Shown: positions 27,594-42,096, counted from the whole stretch's first letter. The stretch is DNA of 62,365 bases, filler included, from Collodictyon triciliatum (GCA_043381765.1; 17 parts of 17 records of this genome joined end to end with filler, not necessarily neighbours in it), one strand, 5' to 3'. Numbers and translations: made by a program. Notes: generated from the sequence alone by a model not told the origin.

Positions 27594-30084
27594 NNNNNNN
27601 NNNNNNNNNNNNNNNNNNNNNNNNNNNNNNNNNNNNNNNNNNNNNNNNNNNNNNNNNNNNNNNNNNNNNNNNNNNNNNNNNNNNNNNNNNNNNNNNNNNN
27701 NNNNNNNNNNNNNNNNNNNNNNNNNNNNNNNNNNNNNNNNNNNNNNNNNNNNNNNNNNNNNNNNNNNNNNNNNNNNNNNNNNNNNNNNNNNNNNNNNNNN
27801 NNNNNNNNNNNNNNNNNNNNNNNNNNNNNNNNNNNNNNNNNNNNNNNNNNNNNNNNNNNNNNNNNNNNNNNNNNNNNNNNNNNNNNNNNNNNNNNNNNNN
27901 NNNNNNNNNNNNNNNNNNNNNNNNNNNNNNNNNNNNNNNNNNNNNNNNNNNNNNNNNNNNNNNNNNNNNNNNNNNNNNNNNNNNNNNNNNNNNNNNNNNN
28001 NNNNNNNNNNNNNNNNNNNNNNNNNNNNNNNNNNNNNNNNNNNNNNNNNNNNNNNNNNNNNNNNNNNNNNNNNNNNNNNNNNNNNNNNNNNNNNNNNNNN
28101 NNNNNNNNNNNNNNNNNNNNNNNNNNNNNNNNNNNNNNCAGGAAATCGTCTTTGCCGATAGATAACATGAGCTTCGTGCAATATTACAAATGGCTTGGAG
28201 AAAAGTCGGATGGTCTATACAATGTAGTGCATGTTTTCTTGAACAATACAAAGTAAACACCGTTCGATAAAGGTATTTTTCTTTTAATAATCTAACAAAT
28301 AAATATAAAAGAAAAAAATACTCAAAAACGACATCCTATATTAATCACGAGACCATTAAAATAGAACTTAAAACAAAAATCCGAAGCAGATTTATACACA
28401 CCAGATGACGGCTTTCGAATCACTGCGTTTCACGTCTGGAAACAGAACTTTGATTTATTGTAGAATGATAATAAAAACTACATTCATTCAATAAACAAAC
28501 TAAAATTCACCGCAATTCAATAGATTTTTATCATGAGTCCATTATTTTTAATATTATAGTCACTCAATAAAAGCAAATGTACAATGACATATATTCCATT
28601 CCTTGATAAAATAAATGAATCGCTTTACTTCTGGGACAATATGCATGCATATACTTTTCAATAAAACATATTTTCATGCAATTTTTGTATCAGAGATACA
28701 AAAATTGTACGTATCACCACTCATAATAGTAAATCATTGTGCCGTGCATCAGAAAAATACGAATCAGAACACATGAAATGTAATTGTATTTTCTTTCTTT
28801 GATTCAAAAAATATAAAAATTACTTCAAAGAACATTATAATTATCATAAAAATATCATATAAAAGATGTATATATGATATTATTGATTAAAAATGAAGTA
28901 TTAAAATATTATTATTATTTATAAGCGTATAAAGATCCTGGGAAAAAACCTCATAAATCATAACAAACTCGTCTACTAAGTATCACCGCTTGGTAATATA
29001 TTCACCCATACATGGACATGCTGTGAGAAAATTCGAGGCTCTCCGAAAATTCTCTGTCACTTCTAATACTTGCAGTACATGGCCCCGCCGGCCGGCATTA
29101 GTAAATTGGGATGAACCTGGGATGAACCGTTCATCTCGCTCCAAATTTTTGACCGGCCGGCAGGGCTTTGTTCATCCCATGTAAAATTGTAGTATATTCG
29201 TGGAATAAATTGTGAAACTAATATTTCTATATTGATATTTTCTTTCCTATTAGAGATGAACCTGGTTTATCAATTATACAACTGCAGTGTCACCTTCTTG
29301 ACCGCAGCACCTTCTGTAAGGTCTTTGTTTATAATATGTATTATAAATACATATATATATTGTGTTTTGGTTCTTCCCTTTTTGTGGTTTTTTAATATTT
29401 AGTCAAGTTGATTCAATATAAATATTTTGTTCTATTCTTTTTTCCTTATTTCATACAAGAATTCTCTCCCTTTTTTGCTCTCTCTGTCTTCTGTTTTTTC
29501 TCTCTTGTCATTATTTTGTTTTCTCTGCTTTGTATTCTTTCTACACTATAAACAATTTGTATTTTCGTCCCCTACCAACACTTTATTTTACAGGTTATGT
29601 TCCATAATTTACACCCAAATGTGCTCTTTTTGTTATCTTTCGCTTCTATTGTTCGCTCCTATTGTTCGCTCTCTTGGTCGTGTTCATACTCTTACCATAT
29701 TTTCTTGTTGTTTGCATTGTCGTTTCTGAAATGCTTTATGCTATTCAATTTCAATATTTCTTATCCTTTCATTATTTTCATTCACAACTAACTTTTCATA
29801 CAAGCCCATCGATCGTTATCTTTCTTTTTTTTTCACAAAGAACTAGCTTCACTATATGCTTCTTTCAATTTGTAACTTTTCTCAATATACATGAGGGGAT
29901 ACGAATGAGCTAATAATTCATCTATTGTAACAAGATGTCTTTCATCTTTATCCGAAACGCACAACTGCCTTCAATATGGGCCCAACAAGTACATCGCACT
30001 GTAGGGAATATATAAAACTCATTTAATTGTATAGATGAAGAGACTATACACTTTACTCTTTGATCATTGAATTTTACTCTATTC

Positions 30085-30610
30085 CATGTGTTGCATGCTC
30101 CATGCTCTTTGCTGTATGGTTTATTCTATGTATTATATGAATTATGTGCTGAATGGTAAATGATGTATGCTGTAAGCCATATGTTCTGTGTTATATACTG
30201 TATAATATATGATACATGATTTTTGCTCCATACTCCATGCTTCATACTCCATGATCTATGCTCTATGCTCTATGCTACATATTCTGTGCTCCGTTCTCCA
30301 TGATGCATGCTCCGTGCTTTATGCTCCATGCTCCATGCTCCATGCTCCGTGTTTTATGCTCCATGCTCCATGCTGCATGCTCCGTGCTTTATGCTCCATG
30401 CTCCATGCTGCATGCTTTATGCTCCATGCTCCATGCTCCATGCTCTGTGCTCCATGCTCCATGCTCCGTGCTTTATGCTTCATGCTCCATGCTCCATGAT
30501 TTATGCTCCATGTTCCATGCTCCATGCTCCATGCTCCATGCTCCATGCTCCGTGATTTATGCTCTATGCTGCATGCTCCATGCTTTATGCTCCATGCTCT
30601 GTACTCTATG
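30085..30610. repeat. (CCATGCT)n heptamer satellite
   Basis: Direct inspection; it explains the MLHAPCS ORFs. Confidence 0.92.
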
Positions 30611-31371
30611 ATGAATTTTGTATACTTCTTTCTCTGTGCTTTATACTGATAGGATATGATAAACGCTACATTCTCTATACTCTGGAATCTGTTCTTTGGG
30701 TTTCCTTGTCGAAATTTCTGCTTCTGTTCTTTTGAGTTTTGTATATAAATTATATCATATTTGTCTCTTTTTTTTCCAAGTCTGTCATATACATACTCTC
30801 TCATATCATCTCTGCTCTACTATTATGTTCCAATTTATATCTACTCCACATTTCCACACTCTTTTCCATATCTATGTATGGATGTTGTTTTTTTCCAGTG
30901 CATTCTTTATTTGAATTTTTTATCTTTTTGGATTTATTCTCTTCACCACTAAATCTTTTAAATCGTTTAATTACTTATATTTATTGTTCTTTAATGATTC
31001 ATCAAATGGGATCCTATTTTGATTGTTATTGGGTTATATGCATGCATGGAGGGTAACTTGATGTGTGCGGCGATTATGCTAATAACAACATAAAAGGGGG
31101 TTGCAATTCTATAAATTAGAAAGAGAAAGTGAAGTTTGCAATTGAATCCTGAGGTGTCCGCTCAGCCGAAGATTCGCGTAGTGAGCAAGATTCGGAATTG
31201 TGGAGTTCATTTTAAAAATCCGAAAAATCATACGGAGGGGGGGTCCCCTTTAGGGGCCCGGAGTTGTTTTTNNNNNNNNNNNNNNNNNNNNNNNNNNNNN
31301 NNNNNNNNNNNNNNNTTAATTAATTAANNNNNNNNNNNNNNNNNNNNNNNNNNNNNNNNNNNNNNNNNNNN

Positions 31372-31484
31372 CTCCACGGTAGTGTCTTCTCCTACTCGCG
31401 TTTGCTCTCTCCCATGCGCTCCCATCCCGCCCCTTTGTATGGCATAACCTCGCTGCATTTTGAATCGAATAAAGGGAAAAAAAA
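31372..31484 (+). mobile_element. Family-A LINE 3' end, second copy
   Basis: Near-identical to 7098-7210, with the stop kept as TAG, then AATAAA and an A-tail. Confidence 0.8.
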
Positions 31485-31744
31485 GTAGCGCAAGCATCAG
31501 TGGCGCAATCACAAAGTACCGTATGACCAAAGGATAATAAACGAGCAGATCGAAGTTTGTGCAAGGCAATAATATTGAAAAGTCTATTACTCCAAATAAT
31601 ATACACGACAAAAGTAGAGTGAACATCTGCAAACTAAAAAAGGTTGTGTGTCAAAACTCATAATCATTCTTTTCTTTTCTTTTCTTGATTATATGGGATT
31701 CTATTACTAATTTCATATATATTCGATTTTAAATTTCGATTACC

Positions 31745-34480
31745 TAAGCAATCTTATATTCTGCTTGGTTTTTAATGATTCTTGGTATCGAAATTCTTCT
31801 TCGCTAACGAATCTAAGGTCACCCAAGAGTACCATTCTGCCTCTGCATATCCTCGCCAGAATGAAAGGATTCTGTACTTCGGGTTTTTCCTATATACGTT
31901 TTAACAGAGTCTAAAGTTGAAGGTCAAAAAATGCAATAGCAAATTGACTAATATCACCTCTTCGTTTCCTTCAATCTCGCCATCCAAAATATCTTCACTC
32001 TCTGGTATGTAGCCCTTTTGTTTTTCTTCATAATAACTCGCGTACGCACTTTTATTTTCAATGGAATTTGATAATCGTTGCAAAGACCAAAATGTTTCTC
32101 CGTCCATTTCCGCTTTCTTGTCGAATATTACCAATGATTCCTGTAATGCGTTATGTAATTTAAATATTCACTCAAAATCCGATGAAATTTACTCACTCTG
32201 TAATTTCGTGTCATCATCCAGTCCTGTTTGCTTGATTCATCAACCACAACCTCCCAAGCTGATGACAGTTGTGCTGCCTTTAAAGCTTTCTCCATACCTA
32301 TTGAATTTTGTAAATCTGTTAAATGTCAAAGTATATGTAAACTAAAAAGATGATTAATCTGTATTGATTTTTACTAGCCTTCGTAAAAACACACATGAAA
32401 TGTATGGAAACTAATTAATACTTCACATAATGTTAAAGCTATAGAAAAACCTTTTCCGATTATGTGAAAGTTTGATTGTGATGACCGAATCATGCCACCT
32501 TCAACTTTTCCTTTTGCGATTCCGATTGACACAACAACCTTGATTTACAAGATATTCTCACGTCGCTTTTCTTTTAAAAGATAATGACTGAAGGTATTGA
32601 ACTAAATTGAATTTACTTTGTCTAAATTCAAGAATCTGACATCTGAGAAGATTTTTCTGGCAACTTCAATCAAACATATAGCATCTTCTCCAAACAGTCC
32701 GGATACCCCCTTCAGTTAATGAAGGAAAATAAATAGTAATTTTAGAGAGAAAGCATTGATTTATTTTACCCTTTTGATTTTTAATCTATTTCCATATAAT
32801 ATTGTACTCTGAAAGGGTATATTCAAATGCAATTATTTTATTCTTCCTTTCAATTTTGTGCAAAATAGTGTAGATGTTGGCTTTGGTTCGTCTATTCAAA
32901 TGCAATAAATATTCTCTTACCAAAATAGATAATCCTGGAACAGAAGTTGAATTCGGTCAAGTTAATCGTGGTAATATTTTCTTCTTTTATACGGAATTCA
33001 CATGTAAGAAAAATAAAAACGAAGATAGTACCCATCATGCTTATCTTGTGCACGCGTTTCCTATGAGTTTTATGTATAGTTTTGGCGAATTGTTCGTCCT
33101 TTCATGTATAGGTTAATTGATTAAAATGAACCTCTTCATCTGCTGGATTATTTTCCTATACAGCATACTTGTTGATCAGTTTAACCATTTCTGATCGTTC
33201 TTAAATTTTTGGAAAAAATATAAATAAAGTCGTACGTGTGAACGTGTTGTATTTCCCTTCTGGTTTTATCCAGTTTTTCACGGATATCGAATATTGGATA
33301 TATATTTATGCATATCACGTAGCATTCTGAGTATTCGTAATTTGATGTAAAACTGGATTCCATGACATTGTTGAGAACAGGTCTATACGGTATTCATAGT
33401 TTTTTACAATTTAAATTATCAAGTACAAATAATAAGGTATGCGAGAATCTCAAAAGAGCGACTTACACGGGGTAAATATTCGATAGAATCTCTTTTCTTT
33501 TCATCCTCAATTCATGAATCTTTTGTTTTATAAAATCCATCTTTTTCCGCGCGTAATAAGAACTATTTTCATTTTTCGGTTAGCATTGTTATTGAATTTG
33601 GTTTTATAAGAAATGTCACTTTTTTCTTTCCCTTTCTAAGGGCCTAAGGATGACAAGGCTCAAGAGCGTGGTTAGGACGAGTGGAACCATACAACGGTAC
33701 AAAATCACGGCATCAACAGAGAAAAAAAGTATGGTTATAAACGGGTATAAGTTTGCAAATAAGGTTATGAGCAGTATCGACTCATTATTTCCCGGCAGGA
33801 TAGTCACAAATGTCTATATTATTTAAAATAGACTATTAAATAGATGGATTGATATCTATAAAGAAAAATGAAGTTTTTTTGTTGGAAAAAAATTGAAATT
33901 AATTAATATTTCAACTTTGAATACTACATATTTGTTACCAAAACTGTAATTTCGATCTCTGATTGGATTCTATCATAATAAATTGCAATATTGAGGAGTC
34001 CAAAAAGAGCGATGATGCACAAAAAATTGATGGACACAGCCTGGTAATATATGCTACAAACGAATTTTTAATGAAATTATTTTGGTGTGAATAAAATATT
34101 ATTTAAATGTGGGTATCATCACGAGTTGCTCTTATCTTTCGAAAATCAACATACCTGTAATTTTTACTTTTATTTATATTTTTTTGGGCTTTCAACCAAA
34201 TAAAACCGAAGATGAGTACATTTAAAAAGCCAAGAGCGGCTAATGCTCCATAATTTAACATGGCAGGTTCCGATCCAATACTACAAAATTCATGGGTTAT
34301 TATTATTTTATCACCCAGAATGATATATTATGAAATATTAAAAAAATATTTCTCTTACAAAATCGATGCGATGATACCATAAAGAAACAGGACTGAATTT
34401 ATTGCTACAGCAACTGGAGCAGCATTTTTTGCTGCGTATTTTTGGTACTCGCCGTTCAGGTCTTCATGAGCAAATCTAAA
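31745..34480 (-). CDS. Multi-pass membrane protein with a degenerate class III cyclase domain
   Basis: Hydrophobic exons at 33616-34480 are followed by GVSGLFGEDAICLIEVARKIF / VVVSIGIAKGKVEGGMI..FHIIGK / GMEKALKAAQLSSAWEVVVDES, which parallel cyclase motifs (VSGL; IGIHTGPVVAGVIG..IWGD; VNTASRM..IHISE). Confidence 0.6.
32834..32892 (-). mobile_element. 59-bp family-B LINE tail with a perfect 14-bp TSD, intronic
   Basis: Matches 52163-52220; flanked by TATTCAAATGCAAT at 32820-32833 and 32893-32906. Confidence 0.85.
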
Positions 34481-35109
34481 TAATACCAGAGAAAAATTAT
34501 ATGAATATGTGTCTGATTCATCAAATTAATGAAGATAATTTATTTGAATAATTTAGAATGTGTTTTCAATTAGAATGTTTTTTTTCATGCGTCCGGCTGT
34601 GATTAGAATTTCATTGATTTTTATCTTAAATTTTTATCTTTTTTTATCTTTTTTTATCTTTTTTTATCTTTTTTTATCTTTTTTTATCTTTTTTTATCTT
34701 TTTTTATCTTTTTTTATCTTTTTTTATCTNNNNNNNNNNNNNNNNNNNNNNNNNNNNNNNNNNNNNNNNNNNNTTAATTAATTAANNNNNNNNNNNNNNN
34801 NNNNNNNNNNNNNNNNNNNNNNNNNNNNNTCTCTTGTTTCTCTTGTTTCTCTTGTTTCTCTTGTTTCTCTTGTTTCTCTTGTTTCTCTTGTTTCTCTTGT
34901 TTCTCTTGTTTCTCTTGTTTCTCTTGTTTCTCTTCTTGTTTTTCTTGTTTTTCTTGTTTTTCTTGTTTTCCTTTCTTTTCCCTTTCTTTTCCGTATTATT
35001 TTTTCTGGGTTCATACTTCGTTTTTCTTCCGATTTTCTGTTTTCCGGTTTTCCGATCTTCCGGGGGGTTGATATTGTTTTCTCTTGATTTTCCTTTTTTT
35101 TCATTCTGA

Positions 35110-37653
35110 AGAAGCATGTGTTGTGAACTTTATTGTGAACTCCATGTGCGTTTTGACCATGAAATTCACCATCGTATATCGTGCGTGGTTGCAGACCCGA
35201 ACCAAGACCCAGAAGATGAGGCCATGCTTCGAGAGGAAGAGCGACTTTTTCAGGCACATCTCGTAAGTTTATAAGCCATGAGCATTTTATTATACGACAC
35301 ATGTACTGTTTTTGGTTTTTGGTTTTTATTTATTTATTTATGTATTTATGTATTTATTTATTTATGTATTTATTTATTTATTTTTTTACACATACCTTCT
35401 CTCCCTTTTTCCACGCTGTTTTTTATTTTGTTTTTGTTTTTGTTTACTACTATTTGCTTTAAGAATACGATGACCGATAGAAGCCCGCAATGAAGGGACA
35501 CAGCCCTATCAAAGGCACGTATGTGATTGACCCAATACCCCACCTAAGCCCTGGTAAACCCGAAATAGGCTGCATTCCAAGCGAGAGAGGCTGAGCTTGA
35601 TGCGTATGCACCAGACCAAACGTCGTCGGTCGGCGTGGCGCAGTTTGTCAACGACCCGAGAGAAAGCCAACACGCCGCTTATGCAGCTCTGAAACTCGCG
35701 CTGGAAAACCCGATTGTGCACCCACCGCCTGACTTGAATCAGCGGTATCTGATGCCCACAAACGCCGCCGCGCTCAAGACAAAGCCACGCGTGAAGCGTG
35801 AGAAGCCCTCTGGTCGGACAAAACCTGATAGCGGCGGCGGCGGCGATGAGAAGGAGGCTGTGAGCGTGTCACAAGTAGAGCAGGTCCTTGACACGATGAA
35901 GAAGCGTCTCGAAGTAGTGGAGCAGAATCTCGGTGAGCGCGAGTGGCTGTATACTTTTTGTGTGGATTTTTTTGTTTGTAATTGTTATCAGTGTAGTCTC
36001 CTGTGATTTCTCATCGCCCCTCGTTCCCTTCGCCTTCATTACGCAGCGGCCGTTCTTCACAACGAACATGTGCTGAAGGAGTTTCCACAGTCCATTCGGC
36101 TGTTGGAACGTGCACAGCGGGAGTTTGACAAGCTGAAAAGCACGCCCATCCAGCCACCGGAGCCCATGTCATGAACAGACGAAGCCGTGTTGTACCACTA
36201 GCCCATCGCAGAAAAACTAAACAAAACAGCATACATCCACACAGAAACGAAGCCAAAACACAATAATAATAAAATGATAATGGTAATAAAAATGATAATA
36301 ATTAATAACGATAATAAAATAAAAATGATAATAGTAATAATAACAATAAAGATGATAATTAAATGATAATGATAATGATAACAATAATAATTAAAGGAGA
36401 GATGAGGAGAGAAAAGAACAAACCAAAAGACGAAATATATATATATATAAAATAATGAAATGCAAGTAAACGAAAAAAAGGAAGAAAAATAAACAAGTAT
36501 ATAAGCGGAAAGACGACAAAGCAGCGTCATGGACGCCGCCGCCGCAGCAGCAGCAGATGCGAACCGCTCGCAGAGTCCCCAACGCCCAAGTCTGACCAAC
36601 TCGCACAGTCTCACAAGCACACTTCACCGCGTGGAGCAGCGCCAGGGCGAAATCCGCCGCAACCTGTTTGCCCTCAAGAGCCAGATCAGCACCCTTCAGC
36701 CTCCACCTGAGCCGCACTCGGCTGCAAATCCTCTCAGGTGCGAACGCTCCTTGGCGCAAACATCCTTTCAAGACGCTTCTGCCGATCATCACAGCCGCTC
36801 TCTCGCCTCGGAGCCTTCCAGAAGCTCCCCTTTGCTCCCCGGCTTCTCGGCACACGAGGCCGGTCCGATTTCTCCGACTCAAGGGCCTTTGCTGCAAAGC
36901 GAGTCCTGCTATCCCACAAGAAGCCCTCTGGCGCCCGTGCGGCGGTGGCAAAGCTTCTCCCATGAACATGAGGATGCTTTGGACGGCTCTCAAAGTATGT
37001 CCACCCGCTCAGTCGCCGCAGCCGGCGGGAAAGATCCGTATTATTTATCGAGGTTTATTATTTATGCTATCCTTTTCTTAATAAGGTTCATATATTTATA
37101 GATGTTTTTTTTTTATTTCACAGCATCAATCGACGAGTTGGCTGACTCTGTGCTGCGTGGTAGCGTGCTTGATACTGACTTGTCTTCGGCATTCGACGGA
37201 TACGCGTTGGATCAAAGTTTTGGTGGGGATTCTACAGGGTCATTAAGGAAGAGCCAAAATCCTTCTCCTCCAACAAGGTATTTTCTTCTTGTTTCTTTGG
37301 ATCTTCCTTAAAAATGAATAGATAAATAAATAAATCAACCTACAGATAAAATAATACATATATAATTATGTGATTAAAGAAGACCACGCGATTGTCTTAT
37401 CTTTGCATTTGGGGAGACTTTGTAATTACTGGAAAAATTCACATATCTGTACTCATATACTCTTATCATCGCCTTTGCACGTTTTTGGGTGTATTTAAAT
37501 CTTGTTGAATATATTGTTCTCTTTCAGCTTCTCTATCACTTCCAAATATTATTTTTCCTTTATTACACTAGGGATATAGCGGTGTCAAATTCCATACGGC
37601 AAATCAGTTCTCAGAGAATGATGGCAAATGAACAAGAGAATAGAACGCCCGAT
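35110..37653 (+). CDS. Hypothetical multi-exon protein (Cys/His-rich exon, coiled coils, Ser/Pro-rich region)
   Basis: GC-rich open segments at ~35110-35262, 35570-35930, 36520-37037 and 37123-37277, most bounded by AG/GT; no family recognised. Confidence 0.5.
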
Positions 37654-38762
37654 GTAATCATTTGTATCAATTGTAAATAATCAAATAATGTATTCATATG
37701 AGCATACTTACAGGGGACTCGCGATGCTGTAGTCCTAGAAATCGAAAGCAGTTTTCATGATTTATTAATAAAATGTTATTATTACTATCATTATCAGTAT
37801 CATTATCAGTATAATTATCAGTATAATTATCAGTATAATTATCAGTATAATTATCAGTATAATTATCAGTATAATTATCAGTATCATTATCAGTATCATT
37901 ATCAGTATCATTATCAGTATCATTATCAGTATTATCATTATTATCATTAGTATCATTATCAGTATCATTATCAGTATTATCAGTATTATCAGTATTATCA
38001 GTATTATCAGTATTATCATTATTATCATTATTATCATTATTATCATTATTATCATTATTATCATTATTATCATTATTATCATTATCATCATTATCATCAT
38101 TATCATCATTATCATCATCATCATCATCATAATTTTATTACTAATAGCGAAATTTTCGGAGTAAATTAATTCATGAATCCTCGTGTNNNNNNNNNNNNNN
38201 NNNNNNNNNNNNNNNNNNNNNNNNNNNNNNTTAATTAATTAANNNNNNNNNNNNNNNNNNNNNNNNNNNNNNNNNNNNNNNNNNNNTTTTCTTTTCTTTT
38301 TCTTTTCTTTTCTTTTCTTTTTCTTTTCTTTTTCTTTTCTTTTTCTTTTCTTTTTTCTTTTCTTTATTTCTTTATTTCTTTATTTCTTTATTTTTATTTC
38401 TTTTTCTTTTCTTTCTCTTTTCATTTTTTCATTTTTTCATTTTTTTCATTTTCTCTTTTCATTTTCTATTTCTTTTTCTTTTTCTTTTTCTTTTTCTTTT
38501 TCTTTTTTTCTTTTTTTCATTTTTTCATTTTTTCATTTTTTTCATTTTCTCTTTTCATTTTCTATTTCTTTTTCTTTTTCTTTTTCTTTTTCTTTTTCTT
38601 TTTTTCTTTTTTTCTTTTTTTCTTTTTTTCTTTTTTTCTTTTTTTCTTTTTTTCTTTTTCTTTTTTTTCTTTTTAATATTCGGCTGCGCGATGCACAAAC
38701 CTTAGCAAGCAACAAAGGCAGCGCATAAAAAGAAAAGCGAGCACCCACTGACTGGCTCCTAG

Positions 38763-40610
38763 ATTCAAGGTGTGGAACTCCGCCCGAGCGCATCGGACGA
38801 GAAGAAGACGGTGCGCAAATACCTGATACACTATCTCGGGTGGAACAAAAGCTGGGACGAGTGGGTTGAGGATGACCGCATCCGCCCTTTGAATGAAGAG
38901 AATCTCCAGCTGATGGCCGAACTGGGGAAAAAGAATCAACCGTCTGAGTCGAAGAAAAGAGAGAGGGAAAGAGAGAAGGAAAAGGACAAGGACAAGGAGA
39001 AAGACAAGGACAAGGACAAGGAAAAAGAAAAGGACAAAGAGAAAGAGTTGGATAAAGAGGAAAAGGCTAAGCAGAAGGCTAACCAAGCCGCCACCCCTGT
39101 TCAGAACTCTAAAACTGCCTCTCAAAGTAAGATGAACTGCTCAAATCGTGAAGTTGAATAACATTTTGTTTCATTTAGTCGATTTGTTTTGTATCTTTTT
39201 TTGTATCTTTTTTTGTATCTTTTTTTGTATCTTTTTTTGTATCTTTTTTTGTATCTTTTTTTGTATCTTTTTTGTATCCATTTTTATATCTTCTTTTTGT
39301 ATCCATTTTTATAAATATTAAAATTCAATTATATTTTTATAACTGACCTGATATCATCATCCAATATTATTATTTTAAAATGAATGCATTAGCACCAAAG
39401 AAGAGGAAGATCGATTCGATTGTTGAGACGGTAACACCAAGCCTCCAGTTTATTCATCCATCTATTTCCACTTTCATTTCATTATTTAAAGTATCTTGAT
39501 AGTATATATCGTTGAAGATTTTATTCTCTCCTCAAATCATTAGGAGGAAGAGACAGCCAGCAAGGTCGAAATAAAGTTTCAACTACCCCCTGCGTTAAAA
39601 AAGAAGCTGTACGAAGATTGGTATCTGATTAACACGGAAAAAATGGTAGATGAACCAGATCTCATTCTTGGATTTTTTTAAGAACTATCACAGTGAATGC
39701 CTGCATCTCATCTATTTTATTCCTCAGTTGCTCAGCACACCACCAAAAACTTCGGTATCTGCAATCATGATAGAATATCTCCAGTCCAAAAATAGGTATC
39801 GAACAACATTCCATCCAAAGAATTCTCTCTATCTGTCTCACGTTTTGTCCAGCTTTTGTCCAGCTTTTGTCCAGCTTTTGTCCAGCTTTTGTCCAGCTTT
39901 TGTCCAGCTTTTACAAATTTGACGCACATATAGAGACCACGGGCAAAAACAGATACATGATGTAATGAATGGTCTATTGGATTATTTCGAGGCTGCTTTT
40001 GAGAACCTCTTAATATACAAATTTGAAAGACCTCAAGTAAATAAGATGGATTTCTCGTCTCCTTTCTTTTTCTTTTCCTTTTTCTTTTTCTTTTTCTTTT
40101 TCTTTTTCTTTTTCTTTTTCTTTTTCTTTTTCTTTTTCTTTTTCTTTTTCTTTTTCTTTTTTTTTTTCTTTTCTTTTCTTTTCTTTTCTTTTCTTTTCTT
40201 TTTCACTCTATACATTATAATATCATGCAATCAACACCCCGCATTATTTTCATGCGTATAGGTGTCCCAATATTTGAAAGACAACGAAGGAACACCAAAC
40301 ATGAAGCATGCCAATCACTTTGGAGTAGAATATTTACTGCGGCTTCTCGGTATAAACCAAGAAAAGCATTCCCTTAGTAATTGAGAAATCCATGATACTT
40401 ATTCGTCTTCTTTTTTACATAGTCAAATTCCCAGAGTTGCTCGCCAACACAGACATGGATGAAGAGGCTGTGAAGATTACTCAGACACGCGTTACAGACT
40501 TTATGAAGTATGAAGAAAAGAGAGAGAAAGAAAAAAAGAAAGAAAGGAGAAATAGAATATGCTCGTAAACATTCAGATTTTTAAACCAAACATATGATGC
40601 TAATGTTTGA
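38763..40610 (+). CDS. EAF3: MRG15/Eaf3 chromodomain-MRG protein, 5' truncated
   Basis: YLIHYLGWNKSWDEWV (chromo barrel); LPPALKKKLYEDW, GLLDYFEAAFENLLIYKFERPQ, FGVEYLLRLL and VKFPELL (MRG domain); stop TGA at 40608-40610. Confidence 0.93.
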
Positions 40611-42096
40611 GGAGTTTCTGCTGACACCATCATCCGCTAGTTACTTGGCGAAAAACATAATCGAGCTATCGTCCACCTATGAAGCTGCCAGCCTCGCATA
40701 CATCCGATCTGCCGAGAAATAAAATCACCCTGATAATCAATAAAGGACATTGCGCCAAACTTCATCGCTCGTGGGCGATAGCCAGATTCTTCATTCTTTT
40801 GCCGAAAAACTATGCCTAAAGAATGACGTGATGACAGCAAAGATGCGAGGCATCCAGGCTCTGATACCTGCGACTTCTTTTTGTATTTTTTTTGTATTTT
40901 TTTTTGTATTTTTAAGGAATTTATTGTATTTTCTGTCGACCTATGATTTACGCCCGACAGAGTAGGAAATTTATTTGAGCAAAACTGAGTGGTGACGCCA
41001 ACTGCACTGATACAATCAGAGTAATTCGTTAACATTTATGTTATTAGTGCATTATATTATTGATAAAATTCACAAATCAGCCACACAGCATGAAAATTGT
41101 TGAAATAGTTATATTTTCCGCATTTGAAATGGTATCGATACCACTCAACCGCAAAATATTTTCGCCTGCAACAACCAACCGCGCTTTGATCACCGCGCAT
41201 CCAGCGTGTTCATCGGTCATCTGCCTGGCAGACTCAAAGCCGTGTGCACCGTGTCTCGGCGAAGGTATCCGGTGAGGCTTAACCGATCGACCGACCCGCC
41301 AATTTTGTTCTTTTTGGAGAGAATATTGTTGTGTGTTTCGATTCTCTTGGCTTTTGACTTTTGGCTTTTATGTCCACTGCCTTTCTTTTGATTATATACA
41401 TATACTTCGCTTCATTTTATATCGGCTTGTGTTTTTTTCTTTTGGCGCCCTTCTTCTCCAAACCTGACGTTCTGGCTGTTTGACTCTTTTCTTGACCTCA
41501 CCCGGGCCTCTTATCCGGACTGCAAAGTCTGGGCGACATACGGATAGAAAACACATGAAACCACCTGAGAACAAAAAACAAAAAAACAAAAAACAAAAAA
41601 CAAAAAACAAAAAACAAAAAACAAAAAACAAAAAAACAAAAAANNNNNNNNNNNNNNNNNNNNNNNNNNNNNNNNNNNNNNNNNNNNTTAATTAATTAAN
41701 NNNNNNNNNNNNNNNNNNNNNNNNNNNNNNNNNNNNNNNNNNNTTTATCTCTTTTTGAAAAATAAAGAAACATAAAGAAAAGAAAAGAAAAGAAAAGAAA
41801 AGAAAAGAAAAGAAAAGAAAAGAAAAGAAAAGAAAAGAAAAGAAAAGAAAAGAAAAGAAAAGAAAAGAAAAGGACAAGAAAGAAGATGGATGAGAAATGA
41901 AAATATATGAAATTTTAATGTCAATAATGGCCTTTGATATGCAGAGACCATATCAACTGAATACGAAATGAAGAATTAGGTCCGTATGGGTCACATGATT
42001 TCTTTGTCGAAACTCGTCATAAGCTTTCCCCGCCAATATATTTATAAAGTGAAGTACAAATATTTTTAATCAACCTTTTAATAACAAAAAACTTAC

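Noticed and set aside
30209-30804. MLHAPCS / SMEHGA repeat proteins
   Set aside because: These are translations of a 7-bp satellite.
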